DNA of 61,600 nucleotides from a virus (taxonomy: Duplodnaviria > Caudoviricetes), in the IMG/VR virus record IMGVR_UViG_3300025168_000088, positions 1-61,600 of that record; one strand, written 5' to 3'. Each line of letters begins with the position of its first letter. Within the stretch, counting starts at the first letter, position 1. A program made the position numbers and the translations under genes. Shown one piece after another: positions 40,216 to 50,018 of this stretch. The notes below the pieces were generated by a model. That model had not been told where the DNA came from. It did no database searches and saw nothing but the letters and a program-made list of their open reading frames with translations.

Positions 40216-41055
40216 ATGATGATGACTAAACATAACACCATAGACATATACCAACGAAGTGAATGGCCGGATGTTCTACAAGGAGTGTTGCTATACTCCG
40301 AGAATGAATACGGTTGCGCTTCGCACATAGCCATGAACTCGTTTGTTGAAGACAGCGAACCCGATGGTAGAATACTTACGCACCTAATTAACCAAATGGT
40401 TTTCAATCAAACAAAGGACTATGAGCAGGTGGGCTGGACTTACCACTTCTACAACGGCTACATGATTGTCAATATCAACAAGTGGCCCCAAACACCTATC
40501 GTGCCTTTGCATGAAGCACAGGCAACATGGATTCATTGCTACCCACCAGTGCGTGACTTAGTTTCTTTTCTCAAAGAAAAGTATGACAACCTATCACTGT
40601 TGGCGTATGTGACATCAACTACAATGCACGACGCACTGAACACGGATATTTTCGCAGTGCACTCGCCCGAACATTTGATGGGTTACTCTCACACTAATGG
40701 CACTAAGTTTACAATTATGCCTAAACATAAGACTGGCATCAAAGGTGATTTATTTTTCAGTCCTCCCTCTTGGATGTTCCCTCATCTCGCAGTAGGAATG
40801 GGCTTTAGTCAAGCCATTACTATATTCAGTGGGCACGACCCCGAATCGGGTGACATTGATGAGATAGCGGCTCTTACATTATTCCGGTGGCTTAACACAG
40901 TCATGGGTAATCCCATAACAAAACACTCATACAATCGTTCTCTAAGGAAAACTAAGAAGGATGTGAAGGCCGCAATTGAAATGCGAAACGACCTTGAAGA
41001 ACTACTTGAGAACGCAAAGAACACTGATGACGCACCTAATGTGCTATGGGGATGA
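40216..41055 (+). CDS. PAC2 (proteasome assembly chaperone PbaA/PbaB)-like protein
   Basis: Size and layout resemble PAC2: G.ASHIA near the N terminus, DEIAALTLFRWLNTVMG, a long C-terminal helix, and a terminus ...PNVLWG (HbYX-like). Confidence 0.5.
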   Translation: MMMTKHNTIDIYQRSEWPDVLQGVLLYSENEYGCASHIAMNSFVEDSEPDGRILTHLINQMVFNQTKDYEQVGWTYHFYNGYMIVNINKWPQTPIVPLHEAQATWIHCYPPVRDLVSFLKEKYDNLSLLAYVTSTTMHDALNTDIFAVHSPEHLMGYSHTNGTKFTIMPKHKTGIKGDLFFSPPSWMFPHLAVGMGFSQAITIFSGHDPESGDIDEIAALTLFRWLNTVMGNPITKHSYNRSLRKTKKDVKAAIEMRNDLEELLENAKNTDDAPNVLWG

Positions 41056-41059
41056 TTGC

Positions 41060-42376
41060 ATGAATGTCTTTGATGCTATGGCTGAATATGTGAACCGTAA
41101 TCACTATGTTGATGTCGAAGACAAGGTTCCTGTGTTCCTGTGTTCTATTGGCACTCACATATTCAACGGACTCAATAAGTGCGGCACATGTCCGTTCATA
41201 CCTGTTGAGGGTGTCGAAGGATTCGAGATTGAATCTTGTATTCTAAGACATGACAAAGACCCAATCTATACGCCTATGTCTCATGTCGCTGATACGAGAC
41301 TTCACATACTGATGCGGGGTATGAAAGGGTCGGGTAAATCGGTGCTCATACAGTTGTTTCTAAGCCCTAAAACAGGGCTACTCTCGAATGTGGCTAATGC
41401 TGAAATAGGCATGGGCTTTAGAACCGACATCGGGCCGAACTCAATTACCGAAGCAGGTATGTTTGGTTCTGTTGATGAAGAGGGCAATATCATGGGGCGA
41501 CCACTCGCTCGTGAATTATGTGGTGGGTTCCTCGGTTTCGAGGAGTTCTCCTCCATCACTGATGCTGGTAAAAAGGAGCACAGCACAGATATTAAGAATC
41601 AACTATTGACTTCTACCGATAACGGTCGGGTCAAGAAGGTTATGCGTGCTGGGTGGGTAGAATACATTACCCGCTACACTTTATGGGCTGGCACCCAACC
41701 TGCTCGATTCGAGATGGAGTCCGGTCTTGACCGGCGATTCTTCATCATTGACATAGAGATGAACCCCGAAAAAGAACGCCTGTTCAAGATAGCACAGGCC
41801 AAACAAGCGAGCATGACTCCGAGTGAGCGTGCCGAACTCATAGGCATGGCCGATAAATTACGCAACTTCTTTACCGACCGAGCATTGGATGTTATTATGA
41901 ATCCACCCACAGGGCTACGCTTCGATGACGAGTTCAATGAGTGGTTGTTCCGACCCGAAGTGCGTAGCCACGAGGCCGACTTGTTTCGACGCTTGGCTCT
42001 CGGCTACTCTATCATGTCCCCCGAATACAAAGGCGGCGGCATACTACACATCAAAATGACAGACCAATTACGAACTATACTTGACCGTTGCTTAGATATG
42101 CGACGAACTGTTATGGACTCCGACCTGCGCCTCATCAAGACGGCGTTTTGGAACCAAGCCATGTCACGCTCCAACCTCATTAAAGAGGTAGCACGAATGA
42201 TTACTAATGGCGATTATCAATCCGCTAAAAGGTGGATTGAGGACAACCTACATATACAGGCGTGGTATAATGAAGAAAGGCCGAAGGGCGGAGGTAGAGG
42301 GCGCAAAGGAGTGTCGTGTTATATCGGCTATCCTCAAGCATCCTACGAACCCGCCAAAGCGGAGAAGGTGAACTAA
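41060..42376 (+). CDS. MCM-like AAA+ replicative helicase
   Basis: HILMRGMKGSGKS (Walker A), SITEAGMFGS, GGFLGFEEF (Walker B), ESGLDRRF (Arg finger); start MNVFDAM. Confidence 0.85.
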   Translation: MNVFDAMAEYVNRNHYVDVEDKVPVFLCSIGTHIFNGLNKCGTCPFIPVEGVEGFEIESCILRHDKDPIYTPMSHVADTRLHILMRGMKGSGKSVLIQLFLSPKTGLLSNVANAEIGMGFRTDIGPNSITEAGMFGSVDEEGNIMGRPLARELCGGFLGFEEFSSITDAGKKEHSTDIKNQLLTSTDNGRVKKVMRAGWVEYITRYTLWAGTQPARFEMESGLDRRFFIIDIEMNPEKERLFKIAQAKQASMTPSERAELIGMADKLRNFFTDRALDVIMNPPTGLRFDDEFNEWLFRPEVRSHEADLFRRLALGYSIMSPEYKGGGILHIKMTDQLRTILDRCLDMRRTVMDSDLRLIKTAFWNQAMSRSNLIKEVARMITNGDYQSAKRWIEDNLHIQAWYNEERPKGGGRGRKGVSCYIGYPQASYEPAKAEKVN

Positions 42377-42377
42377 G

Positions 42378-42650
42378 ATGAAATACAATAAAAGATTTAT
42401 TCAGCGAGCAATAGAATACATTAAGACAAACGGGCCGGCTACTGCCGAAGAACTACATGACGCACTAAGGTTTACTAAAAAGGGTAGACCCGAAGTGCAC
42501 CCTCGGACAAAGCCACAGGTTCAACAGATACTTTGTCGAAGTAAATTGCTTAAATCACATTGGACTAAAGTTGCTCGTGCCGACAATAAGGCCTATCCTC
42601 GATACACCACTTATAAAGTGAGACAATACTCGGTGGCAGGTGAAGAGTGA
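42378..42650 (+). CDS. Winged-helix protein
   Basis: RAIEYIKTNGPATAEELHDAL...PQVQQIL...YKVRQYSV. Confidence 0.6.
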   Translation: MKYNKRFIQRAIEYIKTNGPATAEELHDALRFTKKGRPEVHPRTKPQVQQILCRSKLLKSHWTKVARADNKAYPRYTTYKVRQYSVAGEE

Positions 42651-42919
42651 TGGGTAGATACACTCAATGGTGCGACCGAGCACGAGAACAGATACTACGA
42701 AACGGCGAGATGTCATCTCGCTCACTCATGTATAATATAACACAGTCGGGATTTAGCCAAAGGCGCAGTCCCACCAGTGTCGCCTCGGCATCCCAAGCCC
42801 TGCTTCGAGACAACCGCTTTGTATCACATGAACCCGAAGTCGGTTCATATCAATTCGGTGAAGGCGAAGTAGCGAGAGGCTATCACTACAAAGTAAAATT
42901 ATGGAGTGTGACACGATGA
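42647..42919 (+). CDS. Winged-helix protein (tandem paralog)
   Basis: RAREQILRNGEMSSRSL...SASQALL...YKVKLWSV. Confidence 0.6.
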   Translation: MMGRYTQWCDRAREQILRNGEMSSRSLMYNITQSGFSQRRSPTSVASASQALLRDNRFVSHEPEVGSYQFGEGEVARGYHYKVKLWSVTR

Positions 42920-43545
42920 AGACCCGACGACAAATCCAAGACCGCATAGATGAAACCCGCAACGAGGTAGTAATCAATACACTCCAGTGGGTAATCGAAG
43001 ACAACAACTGTGCTGTGTGTCAACTGGCAAACAAGCGTGATGTCGAAGTAAAAATACACAGGGGCGAGATGACGAGCACATTCCTTGAATCAAAGTATTC
43101 TTGGCCGGTTGGCACAGTAATGACTCACATGGATGAGCACCTGCAATACGACCCCAACGAAGCATCACATATCGAACAAATGCGTGATGAGTCCATCAGC
43201 ACACTTAATGTTGCCGAGAACCTCGTGCAACGCCTTGTATCGTGGCTCGATGAACTTGAGCAACGCAAAGTCACAGAAGGCTTAACCTCGGAATGGATTG
43301 GTGACGCAACCAAATTACTTTCTCAAGGTCAAGGCTTCTTGAAGTTGGTAGGTCAACTTAAGAGTGAGATTGGCGTTGATTCTCAACTGCTATTGGCCGA
43401 CCGTAAGGTCGAGAACATGATGGGTATTCTTGTAGAAGTTCTACGCAACGAACCAATTTACCTCGACCAAATACAACTTCGCCTCGCTACCATGCAGGCA
43501 CCAGTCGTCACCTATGACGATGCCGACTTTGAGGTGATTGAATGA
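42916..43545 (+). CDS. CxxC...HxxxH Zn/HTH plus coiled-coil protein, possible terminase small subunit
   Basis: CAVCQ...VMTHMDEHL followed by helical oligomerisation segments. Confidence 0.45.
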   Translation: MKTRRQIQDRIDETRNEVVINTLQWVIEDNNCAVCQLANKRDVEVKIHRGEMTSTFLESKYSWPVGTVMTHMDEHLQYDPNEASHIEQMRDESISTLNVAENLVQRLVSWLDELEQRKVTEGLTSEWIGDATKLLSQGQGFLKLVGQLKSEIGVDSQLLLADRKVENMMGILVEVLRNEPIYLDQIQLRLATMQAPVVTYDDADFEVIE

Positions 43546-43582
43546 AGCGTGAATGGGATTGGATGCTGGATGGTGAAGAGGA

Positions 43583-43846
43583 ATGAGTATTAAATCTTGG
43601 CGTAGCAAAAGTGCTACTATGTTGTTCACACGACCTATCTATGAGCGTGAGTTTCCCGCTCTCTCCCAAGCCATGTCCGATGATGGTTTAAGTATTCGCT
43701 TAGTGAATAAAGGTAATGGTTATGAGTTGTATGTTGCAGACTATCAAGTCCCTGCGAAGTCGGTGCGGGAGGTGTGGGGATTATCACCACATCAAATGCG
43801 CCGATTCATAGATTGGGTTTTAACAAATGATACGGAGTTGATGTGA
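43583..43846 (+). CDS. Hypothetical protein
   Basis: 87 aa in the operon, with GGTGA/GAGG RBS. Confidence 0.55.
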   Translation: MSIKSWRSKSATMLFTRPIYEREFPALSQAMSDDGLSIRLVNKGNGYELYVADYQVPAKSVREVWGLSPHQMRRFIDWVLTNDTELM

Positions 43847-43847
43847 T

Positions 43848-44516
43848 ATGGGAGTAGTAATTTTTACCAAAGACGATGAGCGATACCGGACTGGCGACTA
43901 CTTCACCATGTATGGTGGACTCACAGTCTCCCCCTCTCTCCCACACACTACTTACATTCTACACATTAACAAGTTCAGTGAACAAGACGCTCTCTATTGG
44001 ACTAAGATTGTTCCTTTCCGACTTGTAGTGGTTTGTGACAAGTTGCCTAAATTGACAAAGGCGAGTGACGAATGCGTCATCCTCGACCAATCAATCAAGA
44101 CAGACAAGCCCGACTACTCTCGTAAAATGAGAGCCGCCCTATGCTGGGCCGACCGTGACCGAGCGCATACTGCTCTCGGCCCTATCCCTCTCCCCTTAGC
44201 CAACGCATTCATCAAGGTTAATGTTCACGACATCAACCTCGGTCGCCTCTTGGCTCGGTGCCGCTACACGCTACACGAAAATTACACTCGTGCCGCTATT
44301 GCATACGGCATCAATCCAGTTCGTAAGTTCAAGTGGCCTTCTAAGAAGGCCAACAAGGACTATATAGTGCCGATGGGTATTAGACAATCAGACAAGCACA
44401 TAGCGACAATCATCAATAATGATGTATTGACTGCTAATGAGTTGCGCATCAATGATATGACTGCGCTACCTGCTGGTCTAAATAAAACAAAACAGGAGGC
44501 AATACAATGGGTATGA
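43848..44516 (+). CDS. Hypothetical protein, possibly a degenerate clamp-loader (RFC large-like) subunit
   Basis: Alpha/beta N-terminus without P-loop; helical collar-like C-terminus; near the RFC gene. Weak resemblance only. Confidence 0.35.
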   Translation: MGVVIFTKDDERYRTGDYFTMYGGLTVSPSLPHTTYILHINKFSEQDALYWTKIVPFRLVVVCDKLPKLTKASDECVILDQSIKTDKPDYSRKMRAALCWADRDRAHTALGPIPLPLANAFIKVNVHDINLGRLLARCRYTLHENYTRAAIAYGINPVRKFKWPSKKANKDYIVPMGIRQSDKHIATIINNDVLTANELRINDMTALPAGLNKTKQEAIQWV

Positions 44517-44881
44517 TGATACAACAAGAAGCAATAGATACGGTGTTCGTTTACGGGACACTAAAGAATGGATATAGCAATCACGGATTGGTAAAAGACT
44601 CTCTCTTTCTTGGCGAGTTCTCCACTAATCCAAAGTGGGGGTTAATTGACTTAGGCTTATACCCTGCTATGGTTCGTGGTAGATTTGAAGTGAAGGGCGA
44701 GGCATACGGTGTCTCGGAGTCTACTCTTGAAAGACTTGACTACCTCGAAGGCGTAGACCGAGGACTTTACTCTCGCCGTAGAATCAATGTCAAAGATAAT
44801 CTCGGAAATAAAATTAGTGCTTGGGTCTACATTTACAATGCTATTCCACATGACACTGTTCAACTTATGGAGGAGTGGTGA
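44507..44881 (+). CDS. Gamma-glutamylcyclotransferase (GGCT/AIG2-like)
   Basis: VFVYGTLKNG, VKGEAY, LDYLEG, Y.R and AWVY signature motifs. Confidence 0.92.
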   Translation: MGMMIQQEAIDTVFVYGTLKNGYSNHGLVKDSLFLGEFSTNPKWGLIDLGLYPAMVRGRFEVKGEAYGVSESTLERLDYLEGVDRGLYSRRRINVKDNLGNKISAWVYIYNAIPHDTVQLMEEW

Positions 44882-45072
44882 GTATGGATTACGGCAGTGG
44901 CGGCTTATTTATTATCTTCGGGTTCTTACTGATGATTATTATTCCTACTTTACTCAATCCCGAAACATACGATTACGGCGGAGCATACCAGTTCGACACC
45001 AAGACTACTATTGAGTATGAGCAACGAGCCATGCGTTCCGAATCACTTATTTGGATGAACCAAGACGAGTGA
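44875..45072 (+). CDS. Small single-TM protein
   Basis: GLFIIFGFLLMIIIPTLL hydrophobic segment. Confidence 0.6.
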   Translation: MVSMDYGSGGLFIIFGFLLMIIIPTLLNPETYDYGGAYQFDTKTTIEYEQRAMRSESLIWMNQDE

Positions 45073-45104
45073 CGCTGATATAGCATGAGTCATTACGCTT
45101 AAGT

Positions 45105-45512
45105 GTGTCGGCCAATAATAATAACAAGAGGGTGCGCCGAGCAATAGTAGAATTACTGCTTGAGCATGGCCCTGCTACTCGTGAAGAAGTAGCGGAACTG
45201 CTACAAAATTACAAAGGTGTAAAGAATGTTCCATCTCCTAATTCTATATCGGCTCTTATGTCGAAGAATCCTCAAGTAGTAATTGTTGGAAAACAAAAGG
45301 TCGAGATGACTCTTGGTATCAACACACATCACATGATGTTTGATATTGACCGAGAAGTAATTAAGACAAAGGATGATTTGATTTTAACTCGACCAATATC
45401 TGTTATGACTCCCTCCGAGCGACGCAAAGCAATTCAGTGTAAACACTGTGGCCGAACTCGAATCATGCCTAAAGGCTCTACTAAGTGTCTCGCATGTCAT
45501 CGTAGAGAGTAA
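45105..45512 (+). CDS. Winged-helix plus Zn-ribbon protein
   Basis: LLEHGPATREEVAELL...PSPNSISALM; C-terminal CKHC...CLAC. Confidence 0.7.
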   Translation: MSANNNNKRVRRAIVELLLEHGPATREEVAELLQNYKGVKNVPSPNSISALMSKNPQVVIVGKQKVEMTLGINTHHMMFDIDREVIKTKDDLILTRPISVMTPSERRKAIQCKHCGRTRIMPKGSTKCLACHRRE

Positions 45513-45544
45513 GGTTATATAGTGGCGTAGACTCATGTTAAGGC

Positions 45545-46447
45545 ATGAGACAAGTATGGGCTACCAAGCACCGACCTTCTACTCTCGATGAGTTCGTAGG
45601 CCAAGAACACATTGTTAATGAGTTCTCAAATGTTATCCACGACCTTAAATCAATGCAACATTATATTTTTCATTCTCCCGAAGCGGGAACAGGTAAGACT
45701 TCTCTCGCTCACATATTGGCTAATCAACTTGGCTACACCATTCACATGTATAATGCGTCGTCTAAGAGACAGCGTGGTATTGAGTTTATTGAAGATGAAC
45801 TCGCACCTATGACTCGACTCGGCCAATGGGAAACGATTTACTTTTTAGATGAAGCCGACCAACTTACTGATGCGGCGCAGTCGGCACTGAAAGGTGTTAT
45901 CGAAGGCGCTCAAGGCTACTTCATCCTCACCTGCAACGACTTGACTAAATTATCGCCGTGGCTAAAATCTCGGTGTCAAGTAAGAACCTTTCGCCCCATA
46001 GAAGACAGTGAAATGTTTGTTCGGCTACATCAAGTAGATGGCAAAGAGGGATTCTTTACAAAGAACGATGACATTTTCAAAATCATCTATGCCAACAAAG
46101 GCGACCTACGAAACGCAATCAATACCCTCCAAGCATATCACACTATGCCGGAGGAACAACGACAACAATTCTTACTCTCAATATCCGAACCCGAAGTTGA
46201 TGCGGCTAAAATCCTCACACTTTGCATTAAGGAAAAGCAGGTAGAAGAAGCCGTGAAGTGCATGGGCACTCCGGTCAACCTGCGAAAGACAATAGACGCC
46301 GTGTTTAACTACGGCATTCACTCCCCCGCTAAACCCGAAAGCAAATTGCTCTTGGTGGATGCCGCTACACAGGCCCAAAGGGATTTGTTAAGTGGTGTCG
46401 AGTCTCACTATGTTATGTGGGATTTTTGCCGGAGATTGGCTGAATAG
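45545..46447 (+). CDS. rfcS: Replication factor C small subunit (clamp loader)
   Basis: WATKHRP..LDEFVGQ, GTGKTS, NAS..RGI, LDEADQLT..AQSAL, SRC, GDLRNAINTLQ. Confidence 0.95.
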   Translation: MRQVWATKHRPSTLDEFVGQEHIVNEFSNVIHDLKSMQHYIFHSPEAGTGKTSLAHILANQLGYTIHMYNASSKRQRGIEFIEDELAPMTRLGQWETIYFLDEADQLTDAAQSALKGVIEGAQGYFILTCNDLTKLSPWLKSRCQVRTFRPIEDSEMFVRLHQVDGKEGFFTKNDDIFKIIYANKGDLRNAINTLQAYHTMPEEQRQQFLLSISEPEVDAAKILTLCIKEKQVEEAVKCMGTPVNLRKTIDAVFNYGIHSPAKPESKLLLVDAATQAQRDLLSGVESHYVMWDFCRRLAE

Positions 46448-46494
46448 ATAGGGTTATATAGTGGCGGAGATACATGGAAATATGAGGTATTACA

Positions 46495-47685
46495 ATGGTA
46501 GATATTGAACAGATGATAGAAAGAATTAGCAAAAATGTAAATTGCACGACCGACGCACTAAGTGCTCGGATGAATACGGTGCTCGACGCAAATCGAGCGG
46601 CATGGATGGATGCTGGAAAGACAGAAGAGGAGTGCTCCATCAACGCACTTCGTATTGCTGGCCGACAAGTTAAGAGCGAAGGTGAACGCCTCAAGCGTTC
46701 CGGCGCAACTCTCTTTGAAGGAATGTTTATTAGCGCACCACGATACAAAGACTGGGCCGACTTCGCTTACAAGAAAGCGGCTAAGAGTATTGGTGACTCC
46801 GCTATTGCGGATGCTATGGTCGAAGATGGACTGGCGACAGTCTACGAAGACAACAACGACGGCACATACACTAAAAAATACAACGGCTCTTTGGCTCGTG
46901 GCGAAGCATTCGACCCCGATGTCACTACAACAGACATCTCCGAGTTGCCAAAGAACACATATGATGCTGGCAACGGACTGCACTTTCATTTGATTTGGGA
47001 TAAGGCCAGCCCTACATTCCCTTCGGGCGATAAGAACTTCAAGTATGGCAACCCTCGCCCACTAAGCGAGAAAGACCGCAACTGTATGTTCTTGGGTCGC
47101 AAACAAGGTGACACCGACATGCAAATCTATTCGATGCGCTTTACTGGTGCATTGGCCGAAGTAGACCACCCAACATTCGTAGCAGGCACTATCGCTATGC
47201 GACCTGCACGCAACGGTAACACTGCCTACGCTAAGGCTGGTGTCTCCACATTTGCTGTTGACGACTCTCTACAATCCGTCTTCTCCGACGCTCCCGATGC
47301 CATGAACTATGACGGTATCAAGCGACTCGAAGGCGGTCTACAAGACATCGAAGCATATGTTGGTGGACTTAGCGACAAAGAGAAGTGGGATGCTCTCGTT
47401 TCTGTTGTTGTTGAAGTGGTTCACATTGACCCACGAGACAACGGTGGCTACATTATGACTGTTGGCGACCTTGATATTATGAGTATGGCTGGCACTACGG
47501 ACATTTATGTCCCTGCCTCCCAAGAATCTCTTGTTGACTTCTCGGTCGGCTCGACTCTCATGGTTGTAGGTCAACCCTACATGAGCCGTGACGATGAAGC
47601 ACGCCTCGTCACTACTGGTTGGTGGTGCGCTGAGTCCATTGGCTCCGGCGAATCCACCACTACTGATGCTGAGGGGTGGGATTGA
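46495..47685 (+). CDS. RPA-like single-stranded DNA-binding protein (OB folds)
   Basis: N-terminal helical domain, beta-rich OB-like C-terminus, acidic tail, replisome context. Confidence 0.6.
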   Translation: MVDIEQMIERISKNVNCTTDALSARMNTVLDANRAAWMDAGKTEEECSINALRIAGRQVKSEGERLKRSGATLFEGMFISAPRYKDWADFAYKKAAKSIGDSAIADAMVEDGLATVYEDNNDGTYTKKYNGSLARGEAFDPDVTTTDISELPKNTYDAGNGLHFHLIWDKASPTFPSGDKNFKYGNPRPLSEKDRNCMFLGRKQGDTDMQIYSMRFTGALAEVDHPTFVAGTIAMRPARNGNTAYAKAGVSTFAVDDSLQSVFSDAPDAMNYDGIKRLEGGLQDIEAYVGGLSDKEKWDALVSVVVEVVHIDPRDNGGYIMTVGDLDIMSMAGTTDIYVPASQESLVDFSVGSTLMVVGQPYMSRDDEARLVTTGWWCAESIGSGESTTTDAEGWD

Positions 47686-48614
47686 TGGCTTGGGCACAGT
47701 CTAAGACCGAGGCGGCACCTGCGAAAGCGGGTGCTACCTACGGAGCAGACTACTACCGTGAGTTGTTTGACAAGAAGCGTGAGAACCACGCTCCGATTCG
47801 TATGGCGCTGGTTGGCAAAGAGAACACGGCAAAGACTGGTCTATCTCTTGACCTCGCAATAAAGCATACAGACAAGCAAATTATTGTCCTCGATTGCGAC
47901 AACTCGGCACAGAACACAGTTGATTACCTGCTCTCTACCAAAGTTGAGGGTGCTGAAAGAATCCGTGTCATCCCTATGATTGACGAGATGGATGATGCTA
48001 TGTGGAATGACGACAACACTACCGATTGGCTCGCAGTAGTCAAGAAGTTGGAGTGGTTCACTGCCTACTTGGGCGAGAATCATTCCGATATTGGTGCAGT
48101 GGTTATGGATGGCGGTTCTACTTTCCTCAAGTGGTGTGAGTTCGTAATGACTGAGCGACTTGTTGAGCGTGGTGTCATCAAAGACGAAAGCGACAACTTC
48201 AATCAGAAAGAGTGGCGTGAACGCAACCGTGTGTTTAAGGGTGTCCTTAACCGCTTGACTGCTCTACCAATTCCTTACATCTTCTTTACCTTTCACTTGA
48301 AGGATAAGAAGCAGTTCATGGATATTGGTAACGGCACTAAAGCCATGATGAAGATTGGCGAGATTGTTGATTGGGTTGACGGCACACAGCGTTTCGTGAG
48401 CCAACAGATTCTACTACGGCGATACACTAAAAAAGGCGATAAGACCGCTGGTGTTGAGGCTGACAAAAAGTTGGGCGAGGATGACTTCGTTATTCGTGCC
48501 ACTGTCAACGAGATGAAAGGTCGCAATATGGAACACTTGGGTAAGCAATATGACTTGATGAGTGTTGTCAATAGCAAAGTGTCTTGGAATGGATTACCTT
48601 TCGGGTGGGACTGA
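47685..48614 (+). CDS. P-loop ATPase (Sak4/RecA-like recombinase family)
   Basis: LVGKENTAKT (Walker A variant), IIVLDCD, VVMDGGS; adjacent to the SSB gene. Confidence 0.75.
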   Translation: MAWAQSKTEAAPAKAGATYGADYYRELFDKKRENHAPIRMALVGKENTAKTGLSLDLAIKHTDKQIIVLDCDNSAQNTVDYLLSTKVEGAERIRVIPMIDEMDDAMWNDDNTTDWLAVVKKLEWFTAYLGENHSDIGAVVMDGGSTFLKWCEFVMTERLVERGVIKDESDNFNQKEWRERNRVFKGVLNRLTALPIPYIFFTFHLKDKKQFMDIGNGTKAMMKIGEIVDWVDGTQRFVSQQILLRRYTKKGDKTAGVEADKKLGEDDFVIRATVNEMKGRNMEHLGKQYDLMSVVNSKVSWNGLPFGWD

Positions 48615-48808
48615 TGGCGTTTGAGGCTAAGTTGTTTGAGATGGGTAAGGAATTAACCCGCCTACGCTCAAAAATTGCAGACCTTGAGACAATCATTGAT
48701 GAGATACCCAACTTGGGTGCCATCTTTGCCGCAGTCCAAGAACTACAAAACGAACATGATGCTCCGGCATCTAAGTTCACTCACTATCTTGGGAGTTGGG
48801 TAAAGTGA
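48614..48808 (+). CDS. Small coiled-coil protein
   Basis: TGATG coupling; MAFEAKLFEMGKELTRLRSKIADLE. Confidence 0.6.
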   Translation: MAFEAKLFEMGKELTRLRSKIADLETIIDEIPNLGAIFAAVQELQNEHDAPASKFTHYLGSWVK

Positions 48809-49614
48809 GCGGCGTGGGGCCATTTGTCCGTAACGCTGTCGTGAGTCTACTCTCCGTGACTGGTAGAGAGCAACACATCAACGGTAAATCACAGAAGCAG
48901 GTTGCAGGTTGCATTCTTTCGCTAAATGAAAAAGTGTTATCTACTACATCCATAGTTAAGGATGGTAAGACATCCCTATCTCGATTCTCTATACTTACTG
49001 ATGCTGAGAATACTGCTACAATCCCAGTTCCCGACATAGAAAGAATGCTTGGTGTTTTAAAACATCACGGCGAATATGTCACTATTGATTACAAGGATGA
49101 CAAAGTAGTGATTAAGTCTAAGAACAAACAGACTACGCTTACTGGTGGCTTCGGGGCTAAGGCATTTGCCAACAGCCAAAGCACACTCAAAGAGTGGTGG
49201 ACTCAAGCCAAAGAGCGAGCAAAGCAAATCAAAGGTAATGTGTATTTGACTAAGGATGGAGATACAATTGCTCCTTTCTTTGTTGCCGAATTGCCAGCCG
49301 AAGAATTACATGATGCTCTCAAATGTGACGGCATCAACGGACAGAAGTTGAATCGTTATACCTTTAAGGTAGATGAAGGCTCTCTTACTTTGACAGTGGG
49401 CGACGCATTCAAGGGCGCAACTACTGTTGATTTTGGCCCACACACATGTAAAGATTTTACAGCCACCTTCGAGGGCGGTCTTGAGCACATAGTCAAACAC
49501 TATTCAAATAACATCAAATTGTCATTTATGGACTTCACAGAATACGGACAAGGCATACGCCTTCTCCTCACTATGGGGAACGGAGACTGGGTGTTCCAAG
49601 CGGGGGTGCTCTAA
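48796..49614 (+). CDS. PCNA-like sliding clamp (divergent)
   Basis: ~270 aa with two repeated beta-alpha domains; located between RFC and PolB. Confidence 0.65.
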   Translation: MGKVSGVGPFVRNAVVSLLSVTGREQHINGKSQKQVAGCILSLNEKVLSTTSIVKDGKTSLSRFSILTDAENTATIPVPDIERMLGVLKHHGEYVTIDYKDDKVVIKSKNKQTTLTGGFGAKAFANSQSTLKEWWTQAKERAKQIKGNVYLTKDGDTIAPFFVAELPAEELHDALKCDGINGQKLNRYTFKVDEGSLTLTVGDAFKGATTVDFGPHTCKDFTATFEGGLEHIVKHYSNNIKLSFMDFTEYGQGIRLLLTMGNGDWVFQAGVL

Positions 49615-50018
49615 TGAGCATCTTCGATACTGGGAAAACCGGTAATAATGGTAATGGTTTTAAGAAAGGTAGAAGGGATAGCATATTCGGATTTAGCATA
49701 GGCGAAGTAGAAGAGGCATGCGGATATGCGCCTCTCAATCACTGGATTTACCGAGGCTCGCACCGCCGAAGGCGTATGCGTATAGTGCTTGGATGCGTGT
49801 GGTATCACGAAATGCTACCCGATGTGTGGTATTCAACAGAAGAGATTACTCAAATGTGCTTGGCGCATGATTCAAAAGGAACATCGGCTATGGTTATTAC
49901 AAATCAAAGAATAGGAACTCTATTTAGGGTTTTTATTGCCCGTAATTTAATCGAGTATAGAGTCGTCAAGGGCAAAAGAGAATATAAGAAAGGTGAAATA
50001 AATGAAAATGAAGTGTGA
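49614..50018 (+). CDS. Hypothetical wHTH-like protein
   Basis: YSTEEITQMC...QRIGTLFRVFIARNLIEYR. Confidence 0.5.
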   Translation: MSIFDTGKTGNNGNGFKKGRRDSIFGFSIGEVEEACGYAPLNHWIYRGSHRRRRMRIVLGCVWYHEMLPDVWYSTEEITQMCLAHDSKGTSAMVITNQRIGTLFRVFIARNLIEYRVVKGKREYKKGEINENEV

